Below, piece by piece: positions 32,040 through 46,287 of a DNA stretch of 64,000 nt. The notes under the pieces were generated by a model. That model made no database searches. It saw only the letters and a list, made by a program, of their open reading frames with translations, and had not been told where the DNA came from. Source of the stretch: Chrysomallon squamiferum (taxonomy: Eukaryota; Animalia; Mollusca); assembly GCA_012295275.1 (NCBI GenBank), contig CM022676.1:8494001-8558000 (forward strand). The letters are read 5' to 3'. Position 1 is the first letter of the stretch. The number at the start of each line of letters is the position of its first letter. The translations under genes and the position numbers were made by a program.

Positions 32040-32485
32040 GATATAATTGTCATCATTCATGATTATTATTATTGTTATTATTATTATGATCATTGTCATC
32101 ATTTGTCATCATTATTGTAATCATTGTTGTTATTATCGTCATTATGATTGTTATAATTATCATGATTATAATTAACATCATCATTATTAACATGGTTTTG
32201 ATTATTATAATTATGATTATTAACATCACCATCATCATCAGCATTATTAAAATAAATTATAATTATCATATCGTAGTCATCATTATCACCATAATTATTT
32301 CTGCTATAATTACAACTATGATCATCTGTTATTATGATCATCATTATCGAAAATTTTATCATCATTCTTATTTTCTATCATTATTATTATTATTAGAATT
32401 ATTATTATCATCATCTTCATTATTATCATTATCATCATCATTATCATCATTAATATTATTTTACTGCTACTACTACTACTACTAC

Positions 32486-32516
<31 letters not shown>

Positions 32517-32782
32517 GTTACTACTACAACTACAACTACTTTTATTATTACTACTACTACTACTATTATTATTATTATTATTGTTATTATTATCATTATC
32601 ATTAATATTATTATTACTACTATTATTATTGTTATTCTTATTCTTACTATTACTACTATTATTATTTTTATTACTAGTACTACTGCTACTACTGTTATTA
32701 TTATTACTACTATTATTATTGTTATTGTTATTCTTACTACTACTACTACTATTATTATTTTTATTACTATTACTACTACTAC

Positions 32783-32824
<42 letters not shown>

Positions 32825-33065
32825 CATCATTATCATTAATATTATTATTACTACTATTGTTATTGTTATTGTTACTACTATTATTATTTTTACTACTACT
32901 ACTACTGTTATTATTATTATTATTATTATCATCATTAATACTATTATTACTACTATTGTTATTCTTATTCTTATTCTTACTACTACTACTATTATTATTT
33001 TTATTACTACTACTATTACTACTACTATTACTACTACTACTACTATTACTACTACTATTATTATT
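32040..33065. repeat. Compound (TAT/TAC/CAT)n trinucleotide array with internal block duplications, representative of many such tracts
   Basis: Direct inspection; it produces the poly-L, poly-I and poly-N pseudo-ORFs. Confidence 0.95.
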
Positions 33066-33073
33066 GTAAACAG

Positions 33074-33230
33074 ATATCAGATAAACGCACGCACGGAGCT
33101 GGCTATTCGCTACAATGACATCTCTCCGCTGGAGAATCACCACTGTGCCGTGGCCTTCCAGATCCTCTCCAACCCCGAGTGCAACATCTTCTCCAACGTC
33201 GACAAGGACACGTTCAAGAAAATAAGAGCG
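33074..33230 (+). CDS. PDE9A: PDE9 catalytic exon [23 protein letters not shown]...FKKIRA
   Basis: aaacag acceptor and gtcagt donor. Near-identical to the PDE9A motif. Confidence 0.97.
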
Positions 33231-33712
33231 GTCAGTTATTTGTGTTGTTTTTTGTTTTTAATAGAGAGAGAGAGAGCGAGAACGTGCGTGAGTTAGTGTG
33301 AGTATGTGCGCGAGTGTGTGTCTGTGTAGGATGATGAATTAAAGACTTTCTTGGGTGGAAGAGCGAGTGTGATGAGTGAATGATGAGTGAATGATAAGTG
33401 AATGATGAGTGAATGATGAGTGATGTGTGAATGAAGGAGGAAAGGATTTTATTTTTTATTTTTATTGCCAAAGTCTCAGCAAAATCAAATACAAAGACGT
33501 TTTGCTGTATAAGACTTATAACGAAAACCCACACACACACACATATATATATACGCACACATACACAAACATACACACACATACACACATAAACACACAA
33601 TCACATGTAGACATACTTAAACACAAAAAACCCACACAAGCAAATGTATATCCCTATTAGATTATCTTCATCATCGTCATCGTCATAATCATTATCATCA
33701 TAATTATTAATA

Positions 33713-33743
<31 letters not shown>

Positions 33744-33767
33744 TATTATTATTATTATTATTACTAC

Positions 33768-33809
<42 letters not shown>

Positions 33810-34270
33810 TATTATTATACATTATTATTATTATTACTGTTATATTACAGGGTATTACTATTACTATTATATTACTTATTATTATTTACTATTACTGTTA
33901 TATTACTATTATTATTATTACTATTATTACTATTATATTACTATTACTATTACTGTTATTATTACAGGGTTTACTATTACTATTACTATTACTTTATTAT
34001 TATTATTATTATTAATATTATTATTACTATTATATTACATTATTACTATTGCTATTACTATTACTATTATTATATTACTGTTATATTACAGGGTATTACT
34101 ATTACTATTATATTACTGGGTATTACTTATTACTATTACTATTACTATTATTACTATTACTGTTATATTACAGGGTATTACTATTACTACTATTGCTATT
34201 ACTATTACAGGGGGTATTACTATTGCTATTACTATTGCTATTATTACTATTACTGTTATTACTATTACAG

Positions 34271-34395
34271 GGTATTTACTATGTTGATTCTTTGCCACGG
34301 ATATATATTACAGGGTATTACTATTATGGAACTATTGCTTTAAAGACAAACTGGAATCTCCGTTTGACTTCAAGCAGAAAGAACATCTTGACACG
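34271..34395 (+). CDS. PDE9A: PDE9 exon, disrupted as written: GITMLILATD-like 5' part with two extra T bases, MARH missing, intact FKDKLESPFDFKQKEHLDT 3' part
   Basis: 125 nt is not a multiple of 3, yet both flanks are phase 0. Remnants match GMITLILATD and SFKEKMENFDYSNEEHMTL. Confidence 0.75.
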
Positions 34396-34397
34396 GT

Positions 34398-35350
34398 ATT
34401 TCACAAGTCATTGATACGATGAGTTTAGATACGTAAACATATTTCACAAGTTGTTGATACGACAAGTTTAGATACGTAAACATATTTCACAAGTTATTGA
34501 TACGATGAGTTTAGATACGTAAACATATTTCACAAGTTGTTGATACGACAAGTTTAGCTACGTAAACATATTTCACAAGTTATTGATACGATGAGTTTAG
34601 ATACGTAAACATATTTCACAAGTTGTTGATACGACAAGTTTAGATACGTAAACATATTTCACAAGTTATTGATACGATGAGTTTAGATACGTAAACATAT
34701 TTCACAAGTTGTTGATACGATAAGTTTAGATACGTAAACATATTTTCTTGCCAAGTTATTGATACGATGAGTTTAGATACGTAAACATATTTCACAAGTT
34801 GTTGATACGACAAGTTTAGATACGTAAACATATTTCACAAGTTATTGATACGATGAGTTTAGATACGTAAACATATTTCACAAGTTGTTGATACGATAAG
34901 TTTAGATACGTAAACATATTTCACAAGTTATTGATACGATAAGTTTAGATACATAAACATATTTCATAAGTTGTTGATACGATAAGTTTAGATACGTAAA
35001 CATATTTCACAAGTTGTTGATACGATAAGTTTAGATACGTAAACATATTTCACAAGTTTTGATACGATAAGTTTAGACACGTAAACATATTTCACAAGTT
35101 TTGGATACGATAAGTTTAGATACGTAAACATATTTCACAAGTTTTTGATACGATAAGTTTAGACACGTAAACATATTTCACAAGTTGTTGATACGATGAG
35201 TTTAGATACGTAAAACAGTTAACAAGTTATTGATACGATAAGTTTAGATACGTAAACATATTTCACAAGTTGTTGATACGATAAGTTTAGACACGTAAAC
35301 ATATTTCACAAGTTGTTGATACGATAAGTTTAGATACGTAAACATATTTC
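34398..35350. repeat. 43-bp minisatellite, about 22 copies (ATTTCACAAGTTRTTGATACGAYRAGTTTAGATACGTAAACAT)
   Basis: Period read directly (34441 to 34484). Confidence 0.95.
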
Positions 35351-35560
35351 CGTAGAGACCTGAACAATTTGCTTGTAGTTTAATTCAGAAGAAAAAAAAA
35401 AGAAAAAGTAGTGATTTCAGTTATGTACGATATGACGTCATGATAGGTTAAAAGAGGTTAAAATGCGGCGTTCAAATCTTTTGCAACAGTATTCCTTTTC
35501 TTAACCAAAACAGTAAAATAAAATCTTACTTATTATTTGACGACGTCACATAATTTGTAT

Positions 35561-35595
<35 letters not shown>

Positions 35596-35615
35596 TTTTT
35601 GTTTGTTTGTTTCAG

Positions 35616-35720
35616 TTAAAAATAATGTTGATCAAGTGCTGTGATATTTCAAACGAAGTTCGACCAATGGAAGTGTCTGAACCTTGGGTAGACTGTCTTC
35701 TGGAAGAATACTTCAATCAG
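35616..35720 (+). CDS. PDE9A: PDE9 exon [35 protein letters not shown]
   Basis: [11 protein letters not shown] motif of PDE9; canonical splice sites. Confidence 0.97.
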
Positions 35721-35839
35721 GTACAGTCCTTACTTCTGTCTGTCTGTCTGTCTGTCTTGTTTACATCATCATCATTATTATTATTATCATCATCATCATC
35801 ATCATTATTATTATTAGCATAATAATGTTATCATTATTT

Positions 35840-35901
<62 letters not shown>

Positions 35902-36031
35902 TCTCTCTCTCACTCTCTCACTCATTCACTCGCCCCCAACCCTCTTCCTAAGTTGCATTATTACTCTTTCAGTCTCATTCGTTCTTACTCTCATAAGTTC
36001 TTCTTTATATTAATAACATCTGTACTTGCAG

Positions 36032-36160
36032 TCGGATCGGGAAAAAAGTGAAGGTCTGCCGGTCGCACCATTCATGGACAGGGATAAGGTGACCAAACCC
36101 ACTGCTCAAATTGGTTTCATCAAGTTTGTCCTCATTCCAATGTTCGAAACTGTGGCCAGA
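36032..36160 (+). CDS. PDE9A: PDE9 exon [43 protein letters not shown]
   Basis: Contains the invariant substrate-binding Gln (AQIGF); ttgcag acceptor and gtaagt donor. Confidence 0.97.
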
Positions 36161-36539
36161 GTAAGTCAGCTGCTGTCTTATCTATTGCTCTGTTTTCTTT
36201 AAAGGTCAAGGGTTAAGGTCAGAGGGTAATTGTTATATCAGGTCAAAGTTTTCAGAATGTTACAGTTCCGATGGTCTGATCGTTTAAGGTCAGATGGTAA
36301 TTGTAATTCGAAGTCAAAGTTCAGAATATTAAAGGTCAGAAGGTCAGGTTATTAAAGGAACGTAGGTCAAAAGAAATATATGTCGGAAGGTCGAGATTGT
36401 TGAATGTCACAGAGTCAACACTTAAGACAGTTTGTTAACGTTTTCTCGTGTTTTAATTGTCATTGTTCATTTACTTACTTATTTAATATATTAATTTATT
36501 AATTAATTTATTTATTTATTTATTTATTTATTTATACAG

Positions 36540-36638
36540 TTGTTTCCGCCCATTGATGAAGTAATGGTGAAACCACTTCAAGTCGCGAAAAACAGATATG
36601 AAGAAATGAAATCTTTGGAAGATGCAGTGAAGAAAGAG
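36540..36638 (+). CDS. PDE9A: PDE9 exon LFPPIDEVMVKPLQVAKNRYEEMKSLEDAVKKE
   Basis: Matches [32 protein letters not shown]; atacag acceptor and gtttat donor. Confidence 0.93.
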
Positions 36639-36718
36639 GTTTATAACAACATTAATAATAATAATAATAATAACAACAAAACAACAAGAGTAGTGCGAGG
36701 TGTAGCAGAAATATCAGT

Positions 36719-36809
<91 letters not shown>

Positions 36810-36996
36810 TTGATAGAGAGAGAGAGATAGAGACAGAGAGAGAGAGAGACAGAGAGAGACAGAGATAGAGACAGAGAGAGAGACAGAGAGAGAGAGAGAC
36901 AGAGATAGAGACAGAGAGAGAGACAGAGATAGAGACAGAGAGAGAGAGAGAGAGACAGAGAGACAGAGAGAGAGAGACAGAGATAGAGACAGAGAC

Positions 36997-37075
<79 letters not shown>

Positions 37076-37266
37076 TTTAAAATGTCTATATATAACAAAT
37101 AAATATCTTTCATTTTATTTTTTTTATTTTTTATTTGTACATGAAATTATTGATAATTTATATATATATATATTTACCTCCTTTTTTTTGTACAATTAAA
37201 TATTACTTAATTATTTGAATTTTCCATTAAGCTCTGTCTAATTATTAACTGTTTATTGTTTTACAG

Positions 37267-37293
37267 AAAAACGCAGTGGCTAACGCCAAATAA
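37267..37293 (+). CDS. PDE9A: PDE9 terminal coding exon KNAVANAK*
   Basis: gttttacag acceptor, phase 0, TAA stop, followed by non-repetitive UTR-like sequence. Confidence 0.7.
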   Translation, partial: KNAVANAK

Positions 37294-38558
37294 GCGATTC
37301 GAACAGGAGGAGAGCAGAAACTTTGTCCATCCAGACAGACCCACTGCGAAATTAGGTCTGATTAAAGCGCCATATTTATTTACCTTTCATCAACACAGCA
37401 GATGCCTACAAACCTAAATATCTGTCTGTGTTGCAAGTAATTTTTAGCGTAAATAATAAAATTTACTAACATACATTCTGTACTAGAAGAAAATATGATA
37501 AATATTATAAGGAAAAGATACACGGATTTTGAAAAAGTGGTTGCTTCTTATTAAAATCTGAATGATAATGTTTGTCTAATCAAAGCACGCAAATTGAGGA
37601 CCTAATTTCGTTGTTCTGTCGTCTGCTACATTTACGAGCTTTCCACCGATAAGCAAAAGAAAAAAAAAAAAAGTTAGAAGAGTTATTGGTCTTGGAAAAT
37701 GGCGGAAACAAAGGAAAGATAACTGTTATGTGCCTGAACGCTCGTTTCCCGTTTCTCATTAACATAATTAATTTATCAGGGATGACAAAATGAACTGTTA
37801 TTGTTCAGTTACGACAAATCATCTTTAATTTATTTATTGTAATTTTTTTTTTTCAAGAACATATGTATATTACCCTATAAATCTTCCATACCTATAAAAT
37901 ATGTGTGTCTTCTCTAAATATTTTTGTAACAATTCCAGAAATCAATATTATTAGATCTTTCCTCAGATAATTAATTTTATGTTTCAGTTTTGTTTCTGTC
38001 ACATTCATCCATCCATCCATCTATTTTACCTGTCCATCCATTCATCATTTTTCATTCCACTCGAAATAAATTCATCGATAATATTATTTAATTAATATTT
38101 ATAATGCTTGTTTATTGGTAAATATTTAATCTTTGTGAACATTGATTTTATTCTTAGTTATTGATTTGATCTGATTTGATTTTAATTTTTAAATTCAGTC
38201 TACTGCGGTGTGTTTATTTTACGTAGTTTCCATGGTGACAATTTTATACATCTACGTACATTCAATTTATATTTTAGAAGTAGGTGTAAACTATCTACAT
38301 TCCAGCAATTTTCAGATGTATATATTGTTATTAATATTCCTACATCTGTCTGTATTTAAGCAGAATATAGTAGCACCTATTCGACATCAGTTGTTATGCA
38401 TCCTAATATAACTACACCTAAACATAGATGTGATGAAATTTTAAGAATAATATGTTTAAAAATTGATGCACTAAGACGCAATATTTAAGAGAATAATAAC
38501 AGACTTCTTTATTATTATTATCATTATTATTATGATTATGATTATGATGATGATGATG

Positions 38559-38619
<61 letters not shown>

Positions 38620-39754
38620 TTACTTCACGAATACAACTGTAATAACTGTCGTACTTTATTATTATCAACGACTTGACGTCACAACTGTCACTTAAAAGCA
38701 AACGATTTCTTTTTTCTTTTCTTTTTTCTCTCTTTCCCAAAATATTATAGTTCTGTGTAGCTTATTTTATACTTAGAATGCGACAGCAACGCCAGTGACA
38801 ACGTCCTGGTGATTCTTCAAAAAATGTGCAGAATTGTTTATTACATAAATTTTTGTTTTTCCTTTTTATTTTTGTTATATATTTGTATATAATGGACTTC
38901 TCCCGGTATTGTGATGATGGGCGTTTGCAACTAATTTATTACGATTATTTCGAGAAATATTAAAATAAAAATATATTCAAAATCAGAAAACTTCAGCTAT
39001 TATGGAACATAGATACATCCTTGTGAGAAAAAAATAAAATTTATTCAAACAGTTTTATTGAAAATTCAAAAATAGCACCAGGAACAATGACATTTATATT
39101 TCTTCTAATAATTAATTTTAATTATTTAATAATTTTTGTAACGTAATTCTGACGTCATGCATGATGCATTGCAATCTGGTCCAAAATTATTATCAGAAAT
39201 ATTTAAATAAAATTATTTTACTGCAGTTAATAGACATGGTACGTCCAGTAATGGAATTAATTTTATTCCAGTTCAGGCGCTGTCCTCATACGGAATATGA
39301 CGTCACATATTTTTACCAAAAGTGTTATTTTCAAATGAACATTTCCGAGATTTCACAACTTTCCCAATTGTTTTTTCTAAATAATATCAACAACATTTTG
39401 TTGTTGTTTTTGGGTTTTTTTTTTTAAAGTATATTAGTAATGCATGGCTTAAGCTGAACAAAAATTAACCTACGTAACTCGGGGGGGGGGGTATCTATAT
39501 TTTATATGCACACTATAGTTTTCTGATTTATAATACGTTAGCACCATGATATATATATCTGTATATATATATATATGAGAGTAGGCCTATATATATTCAT
39601 TTATGGTCTGTCTTCCTTGAAGTTTATTTTTACCAAGTACTTTGCTTTGTTTTGTTTCTATGAAATACTGCATTTTCAAAAATTTGAAATTAATTTTGTG
39701 GAGTTGCCTGTTAAGTTTTTGTACCTATTTTTAAACATCTACGCTTTATTTCAT

Positions 39755-39792
<38 letters not shown>

Positions 39793-40768
39793 GATTTAAA
39801 GAAATGCGTGATGTGGTTAAATGTATTATTTTAGCCCTTCCCTTTTAGTGTACATACATCGGAGGGCTTAATCCACGGAAAAAATACTATTTATAGTCTA
39901 TATATTTCTGTGTTAATGTGTAAGCTTGCGCGTTTATATAAAATATATGTGTGTGTGTGTGAGTGCGCGCGCGTGCGTGCGTATCTGGGACTGGGTGTGT
40001 CAGTCTGTCTGTTTGTGCATTTTCTACCTTTAATTAGTTACATAACTTGTTACATTTTCTACCCCTCTCTTATGATATATATCTATATATCGTCATATTT
40101 CGACAGTTTTCGGTAGGTTCGTATTTTTCCGTGGATTATGCCACTGGCTCTAGGAATGCGTTGAAAGCATTTCGCAAGATCTGACGTCATCACTGAAAGT
40201 TATATATTTTAAAATTAATACTTGTTAAGTGTTCATTAAAAAATGTCTTTTCCCAGAAATAAATTATATATAAATTTAATTTGCTTACCTAACTTTGGTA
40301 ATGGAAGTTATAGTGTTTTCACTGTTCAGGACAAAAGTACATCTTAGCCATAAACCTTCCGTTTATGATGCAAACGCAGAATTAGAAGCAGAACAATTGT
40401 GATTACGTCATATCATTGTTGACGTCATTGGCGGTTGATTGTATGGAAGTTGTTAAAGGAATAAGCGAGATCTTTATGAACTGTTGTTGTTAAGATGATA
40501 GTGGATAACATGCAAACACTGTTAGTAAGATACGTTTTTCCCGTTCATGAAATAGCTTCTAATTTTCCTCGCAATAAAATAAGTTAAACAGACATATATG
40601 CATTCGCGCACAAACACAGTAAATATCTTAGCAACGTTTTAATAACTCATATAGTATAATGTGATAGGGCTTTTCATCATGATTTAGATTAAGGCTCGCT
40701 GCATTTATTTTCCAATTGCTTATGTTTTATATTACATAATATGCATATGTATCTGTTATTATTATTAT

Positions 40769-40812
<44 letters not shown>

Positions 40813-40838
40813 TTATTATTACTATTACTGTTATAATA

Positions 40839-40886
<48 letters not shown>

Positions 40887-41306
40887 TCCAAGCCCATAGT
40901 AAAGTAACTTAATTATTTAACCTTCGCCTCAACTGTAAAATTACAGTACAGGTTAATAATAAACAAAATAAAATACATTAAAAAATTTAAAAATAAAAAA
41001 TACTAAAACCGTTATCTTAATATATATCTACCTCATAACATAAATTCATTGGAAATATAAATTAAACAATATAAGGGGGAAATATTAAATCTAACATCAA
41101 GCTTCGAGTAAACCAAAATAGATATAAAGAAACGTATTTTTATCGTCAGACCGGGTTTTTCCTTTCAGATAAAACTGGATGTCTGTACGTGTGTTTGTGT
41201 GTTACTGATACACATATCAGAATGTTGTCGTATTTGTGACTTAGCATAATTTATGTACGCGAATGATTACATACTTTAGTTTCAATGTACGTGTCCATAT
41301 GTGTGC

Positions 41307-41426
<120 letters not shown>

Positions 41427-42335
41427 CTCAAGCAGTCCTAATTTAAAACAAAATAAAATAATTACAAAAGACAAATACACAATTATCCGAATCTAAAAAT
41501 AGAACAAAATTTTTTTAATATTATTGCATAGCACTTTTCTTTTCGTATTCTAAGAATAAAACATCTTTACAATTGTCCTTTATATATAATATTTTTTCTT
41601 AATGTTTTTGTTGTCAGACTTTTGTTGTTTTTTAATTAGAGACGCATATTTTTTGTATCTCGTTTATTTTGTTTTTTTGATGTCCATTGAATAGTCTGAG
41701 AGAAATAAACTATCTCATTGTGATTTGTTTGAATTCTTTATTATAATTACTACAACTACTACTAACGTCTAATAATATACTACATCCACTATTTCCAGTA
41801 CTACTACTACTACTAGTCTTATTTCCAGTATTATTGCTGTTACAATTACTATTACTGTCTACTACTACTACTACTGTTACGACCAAGACTATCACTATTG
41901 CTACAACTTTTGTTAATACTAATGCTACTATTACTATTACTGCTATTTCTTCCACTATTCTGTTACTACATCCAGTACCACGACTACTACTACAAGCAGT
42001 ACCACGTCTTTTGCTTTTACTGCCAAAATTACGACTACTACTACTACTACTACTACTACTACCACTACTATTACTACTACTACGACTATTACTACTATTA
42101 TTATTACTACTACTACTACCACTACTACTACTATCACTACTATACTATTACTGCTACTTCAGCAGTTATTACCGCCACCATTATTATATTACTACTGCCA
42201 CTTCATCCCTATCACAACTACTGCTACCACCACTACCTTACTAGTACTTCCGACTACTACTGCGGCTAGAACTACTGCTACCAATATCACTGCTGCTGCA
42301 ACTACTAATACTATTACTGATAAAGCGAAGTACGA

Positions 42336-42427
<92 letters not shown>

Positions 42428-42564
42428 TACATCATATACTGATGCTACGCATAGAAGAGACAAATAACACCAAAGACATTAAAAAAAAAAATGAAGTCGA
42501 GAATGATATCACAGTTTATTACGTCAGCACATAAAACAACATTTTACATCATTTCCTCAACCAT

Positions 42565-42840
42565 ATTGTGTCATAATCGTAAAACTGCGTAAAAAAAAAA
42601 GACTTAGATCTGTCCCCTGAATAGGAAATCCTTGTAAAATTCTCTAACAGAAGGTAATCCCAAAATGTTAACAATATAACACAGCATTTAGAAAGTTGAA
42701 TATTTTATATATTAAAGACATAAGAAATGATCATTCTTTGTCATAACCCTAACTCTGCAGCAAAGACAGAGTTGTGTCCCCTGACTGACAATCCTTGTAG
42801 TCCTTTGACAGATACATAACCCAGAATATTAATAAAATAA
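42565..42840. repeat. Degenerate direct duplication, about 170 bp spacing
   Basis: TGTCATAA...TGTCCCCTGA...AATCCTTGTA...ACAGA...CCCA.AAT.TTAA occurs twice. Confidence 0.55.
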
Positions 42841-43126
42841 GTAAGGTTGAGTTCGTGATAATTTTGCGTTCAGGGTCTTTGTGTTGTCTTCTTGACTTCT
42901 AATAACTTTATACTTACTAGTAATCTTGTTAGTTTTTTGTTGTTGTTGTTGTAGTTTTCTTCTTTTCTTAAACGATAACAATATCTTAGGGGAGATAACT
43001 TTAGTTCAGCAGGACCAATAAAGAGACGGAGTGATTTAACGTTGAACGTAATCACACACACACACACAATTAAAAGTTCAAAAGTTAGAACCTGTAATAC
43101 TTGTTTAATTATTTTATCACAGATTT

Positions 43127-43203
43127 TTATATGATCGTTTTACTTTTGATGAACTGCATGTAAAACGGAGGTTTATCAGTAGCAGGAGCACCACCGTCGA
43201 AAT
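43127..43203 (-). CDS. Unknown gene terminal exon (N)FDGGAPATDKPPFYMQFIKSKTII*
   Basis: tattttcag acceptor, phase 1, ends in TAA. Confidence 0.65.
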
Positions 43204-44399
43204 CTGAAAATAAATAAATAAATATGTATATGAATAAATGAATGAATGAATGAACGAATGAATAACTTTATAAATAAATAAATAAAACGACAAACAAATA
43301 AAAATGGCCAATAGTTTCCTTTTGTTTTCGTTTTGGGGTATTGGAATTTTTGCTGTGGTTGTTGTTCTTGTCATTTTTTGTTTTAATCAGTAATTTCATC
43401 AAAAGGCCGTCAATGAAATAAAATAAAATAATATAATATAAAATAAAATTAAACATGTTATAGTATTTCACTGAAGAAGATAGATAAAAACATATCATAG
43501 TTGCTATGGAAACTTATCCAAACCGAGTGATACTGGCAAAGGTTTTGAAGCTTGGATTTTGAATGAAATTTTTATATTTCGAGAAATATTTTGATGTTGC
43601 TATTGGTTGCGGATATGTTACTTACAACCATTTTCTTTTCGCGCATGTTTGTAAATATTAATTCATTTGCTTTACTTCCTAATATATAAATCTATTTTTC
43701 TGAATGCTCGAATTTGGAAAATATTTGTATGTGTATATGCGTGGATATATATATGCATGGATATATATATATATATTAATATATGCATTGTCCTTTTATC
43801 GACGAAGCGATATACTAACTTTTAACACTAAGCAATGCTTTCGGCGGTTCTACATATCTTCTTCTGCTTAAAATATCGCCATTAGAACTTTTAATTCTTG
43901 TCGTTGATAATCGATGAAATTCCTCCGCGGTGCTAGGAGCATCGCTATAAAATATACCTTCATCTAAATGGAGAAAATAAATTATTAAATGCACCACGTT
44001 ATAATGGTCATTAAAATTAATAGTTTAGAAGAAGTTTAAAAAGAACAGACACATCCTGAAAGTACGTACAGTATACAATAGTTTATATATAATTCTGTAG
44101 ATGCTTTAAGTATATATCTTTCTTAGATCTGTATTGTTTCAGACACTTGTTATATAACAAAAACATGGGAATTTGTATAAATACATTAAACAAATAGGAA
44201 ATTGGTTTTTAAGGCTTAAAATCTGACTGTTTGTTTTTGTTGTATTGTTGTTGATTTTTTGTTTGTTTTTTAAATAAGCGTAACTTATTAAAAAATATTT
44301 CTAAGAAAAGAACTATAGTTTAACTGTGATTTAAGACAATAAAGGATTAAAAGAGTGAACTATATCTTTGACCTTAGTAAATTAATAATTAATATTTAC

Positions 44400-44463
44400 T
44401 TTGGTATGGAGAATCAAGTCTTCGTCTTCTTGTCAAATATTTCTGCTGACTGGGTACGCGTAG
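44400..44463 (-). CDS. Unknown gene exon 5 LRVPSQQKYLTRRRRLDSPYQ
   Basis: tttgttatag acceptor and gtaaat donor; phase 0 to 1. Confidence 0.65.
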
Positions 44464-44854
44464 CTATAACAAACACGTTAAAATTACAAATATTATCATA
44501 CTTAGACGAAACTGTTTAGGCGGAGTAAGAATGTGTAGATTCGTGTGTACATAGAGAGTAAATAAATAACACACATACACATACATACATTAAAAACTTG
44601 TGTGTTTGAAATGCTATATTTATTTATGCGCAACTTGTACGTACATACACTCCGACATTGTATTCGTACATATATTTAGAAATGTAAGATATCTCAACAA
44701 AGTATGTGACGTCATAAGAGAACAATTTGATAACGTCACTAGATGTATATGATGAAGGTTGATAAAAAGGAATAATTTCTTCAAGAATAAAATATTTAAC
44801 AACAAAGATCACAACTGAAACAAAACTATATGTCCACACACAGTCACGCACACA

Positions 44855-44895
<41 letters not shown>

Positions 44896-45006
44896 ACGTC
44901 ACTGACTGGTAAGATACTAATAAAATATTCTAAATATTTACAGAGTAGAAGATAATTTTATTCTGGCTGTATTTAATTGTATTATGTTATAAATGAAATA
45001 ATTTAC

Positions 45007-45059
45007 CACATCACAAACAGGTAGTAATCTTTCTGGTCTGTCATCAACATTCAGGGGAA
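45007..45059 (-). CDS. Unknown gene exon 4 (L)PLNVDDRPERLLPVCDV
   Basis: tattttcag acceptor and gtaaat donor; phase 1 to 0. Confidence 0.7.
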
Positions 45060-45077
45060 CTGAAAATAAATTTTATT

Positions 45078-45158
<81 letters not shown>

Positions 45159-45661
45159 GTTGTTGTTGTTGTTGTTGTTGTTTTTTCTTCTTCTTGATGC
45201 TGTATTGCTGTTGTATTTTGTGCTAGGGTATCGTTAAAGTAATAAAATTGAATATGTTGTTGTAATTTTTGTTGTTGTTGTTGTTGTTGTTGTTATTGCC
45301 ATCATTATTATACCAGAACGGCTAAAATCGTTAGTATATATTTACTTATATTAATTCTACTTTTATTGTTCTTCCTATTGAAATTGTACTAACATAGATA
45401 TTGTAATAACAGTAGTAGCAGTAAAAATAGTAGCAATAATAGTAATAGTAATGGTAACATTAATAAGAGCAAAAATACTAGTACTACTACTAATAACAGT
45501 ATTAGAAGTAATAGCAGTAGTAACAGAAGCAGCAGCAGTAATAGTAACTGTAGTAGTACTGGTAGCATAGTAGTTATAATAGCTGCAGTAGCAATCGTAG
45601 AAGTAGTAGTCGTCGTCGTTTTAATAGTAGTTTTAGTAGTAGTAGTAGTAAGTACACTTAC

Positions 45662-45818
45662 GTATCCCGTCTACCTTTTTGGCGTAGTTGCTGGCGCAGA
45701 TGAAGACTCTTGGTTCGACTGGTTTTCTGTGCTGGTACGCGACGCTGTAATACGAGGTTTCAGTCGTTTTATTTTCAGGCGGATCGCTTAACAGAGTTTT
45801 TACGGTACACACGGGCTT
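45662..45818 (-). CDS. Unknown gene exon 3 KPVCTVKTLLSDPPENKTTETSYYSVAYQHRKPVEPRVFICASNYAKKVDGI
   Basis: ttttacag acceptor and gtaagt donor; phase 0 to 1, open. Confidence 0.8.
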
Positions 45819-46287
45819 CTGTAAAACGAATGGGAAAAAGAAAATTAAAGGGATGATGAAGATATTATAGATAAAGGCTGTGTTTTAACTGTGTATTGTG
45901 TGTGTGTGCGTGCGTGTGTGCGCGTGTGTGTGTGAGAGAGAGAGATAAAAAAGATGTGAGAGACAGACAGATGGAAAGACAGGGAATTAGCTGAATAAGT
46001 AGATTCTGTTCTATAGTTCTTTTTATAATCATTTCTTCGACATCAACAAAGAAATAAACAGCATTCTCTCTGTGTGTGTGTTTATGTAGGTGTGTGTGAG
46101 GGAGAGAGAATGTGTGTGTATATATGTATTTTGTGTAAGAGAAAGAGAGAATAGAAAAACAGGAGAGGATAGAGATACAGACAGACAGAAAACAGATAGG
46201 TAGATTTGTTTACATTTCATCATTTTCCTACAATTATATATTTCACTTACAATCCTGCTATGGAGATCAACAAAAACCAACACTCAC

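Noticed and set aside
32322-33143. 273-aa Asn/Ser-rich ORF and overlapping poly-Leu/Ile ORFs
   Set aside because: These are translations of trinucleotide microsatellite in a PDE9 intron. The same applies to most ORF-track entries.
34398-35350. CRISPR-like regular repeats
   Set aside because: Head-to-tail units with no unique spacers, no cas genes, and a location inside a eukaryotic intron.
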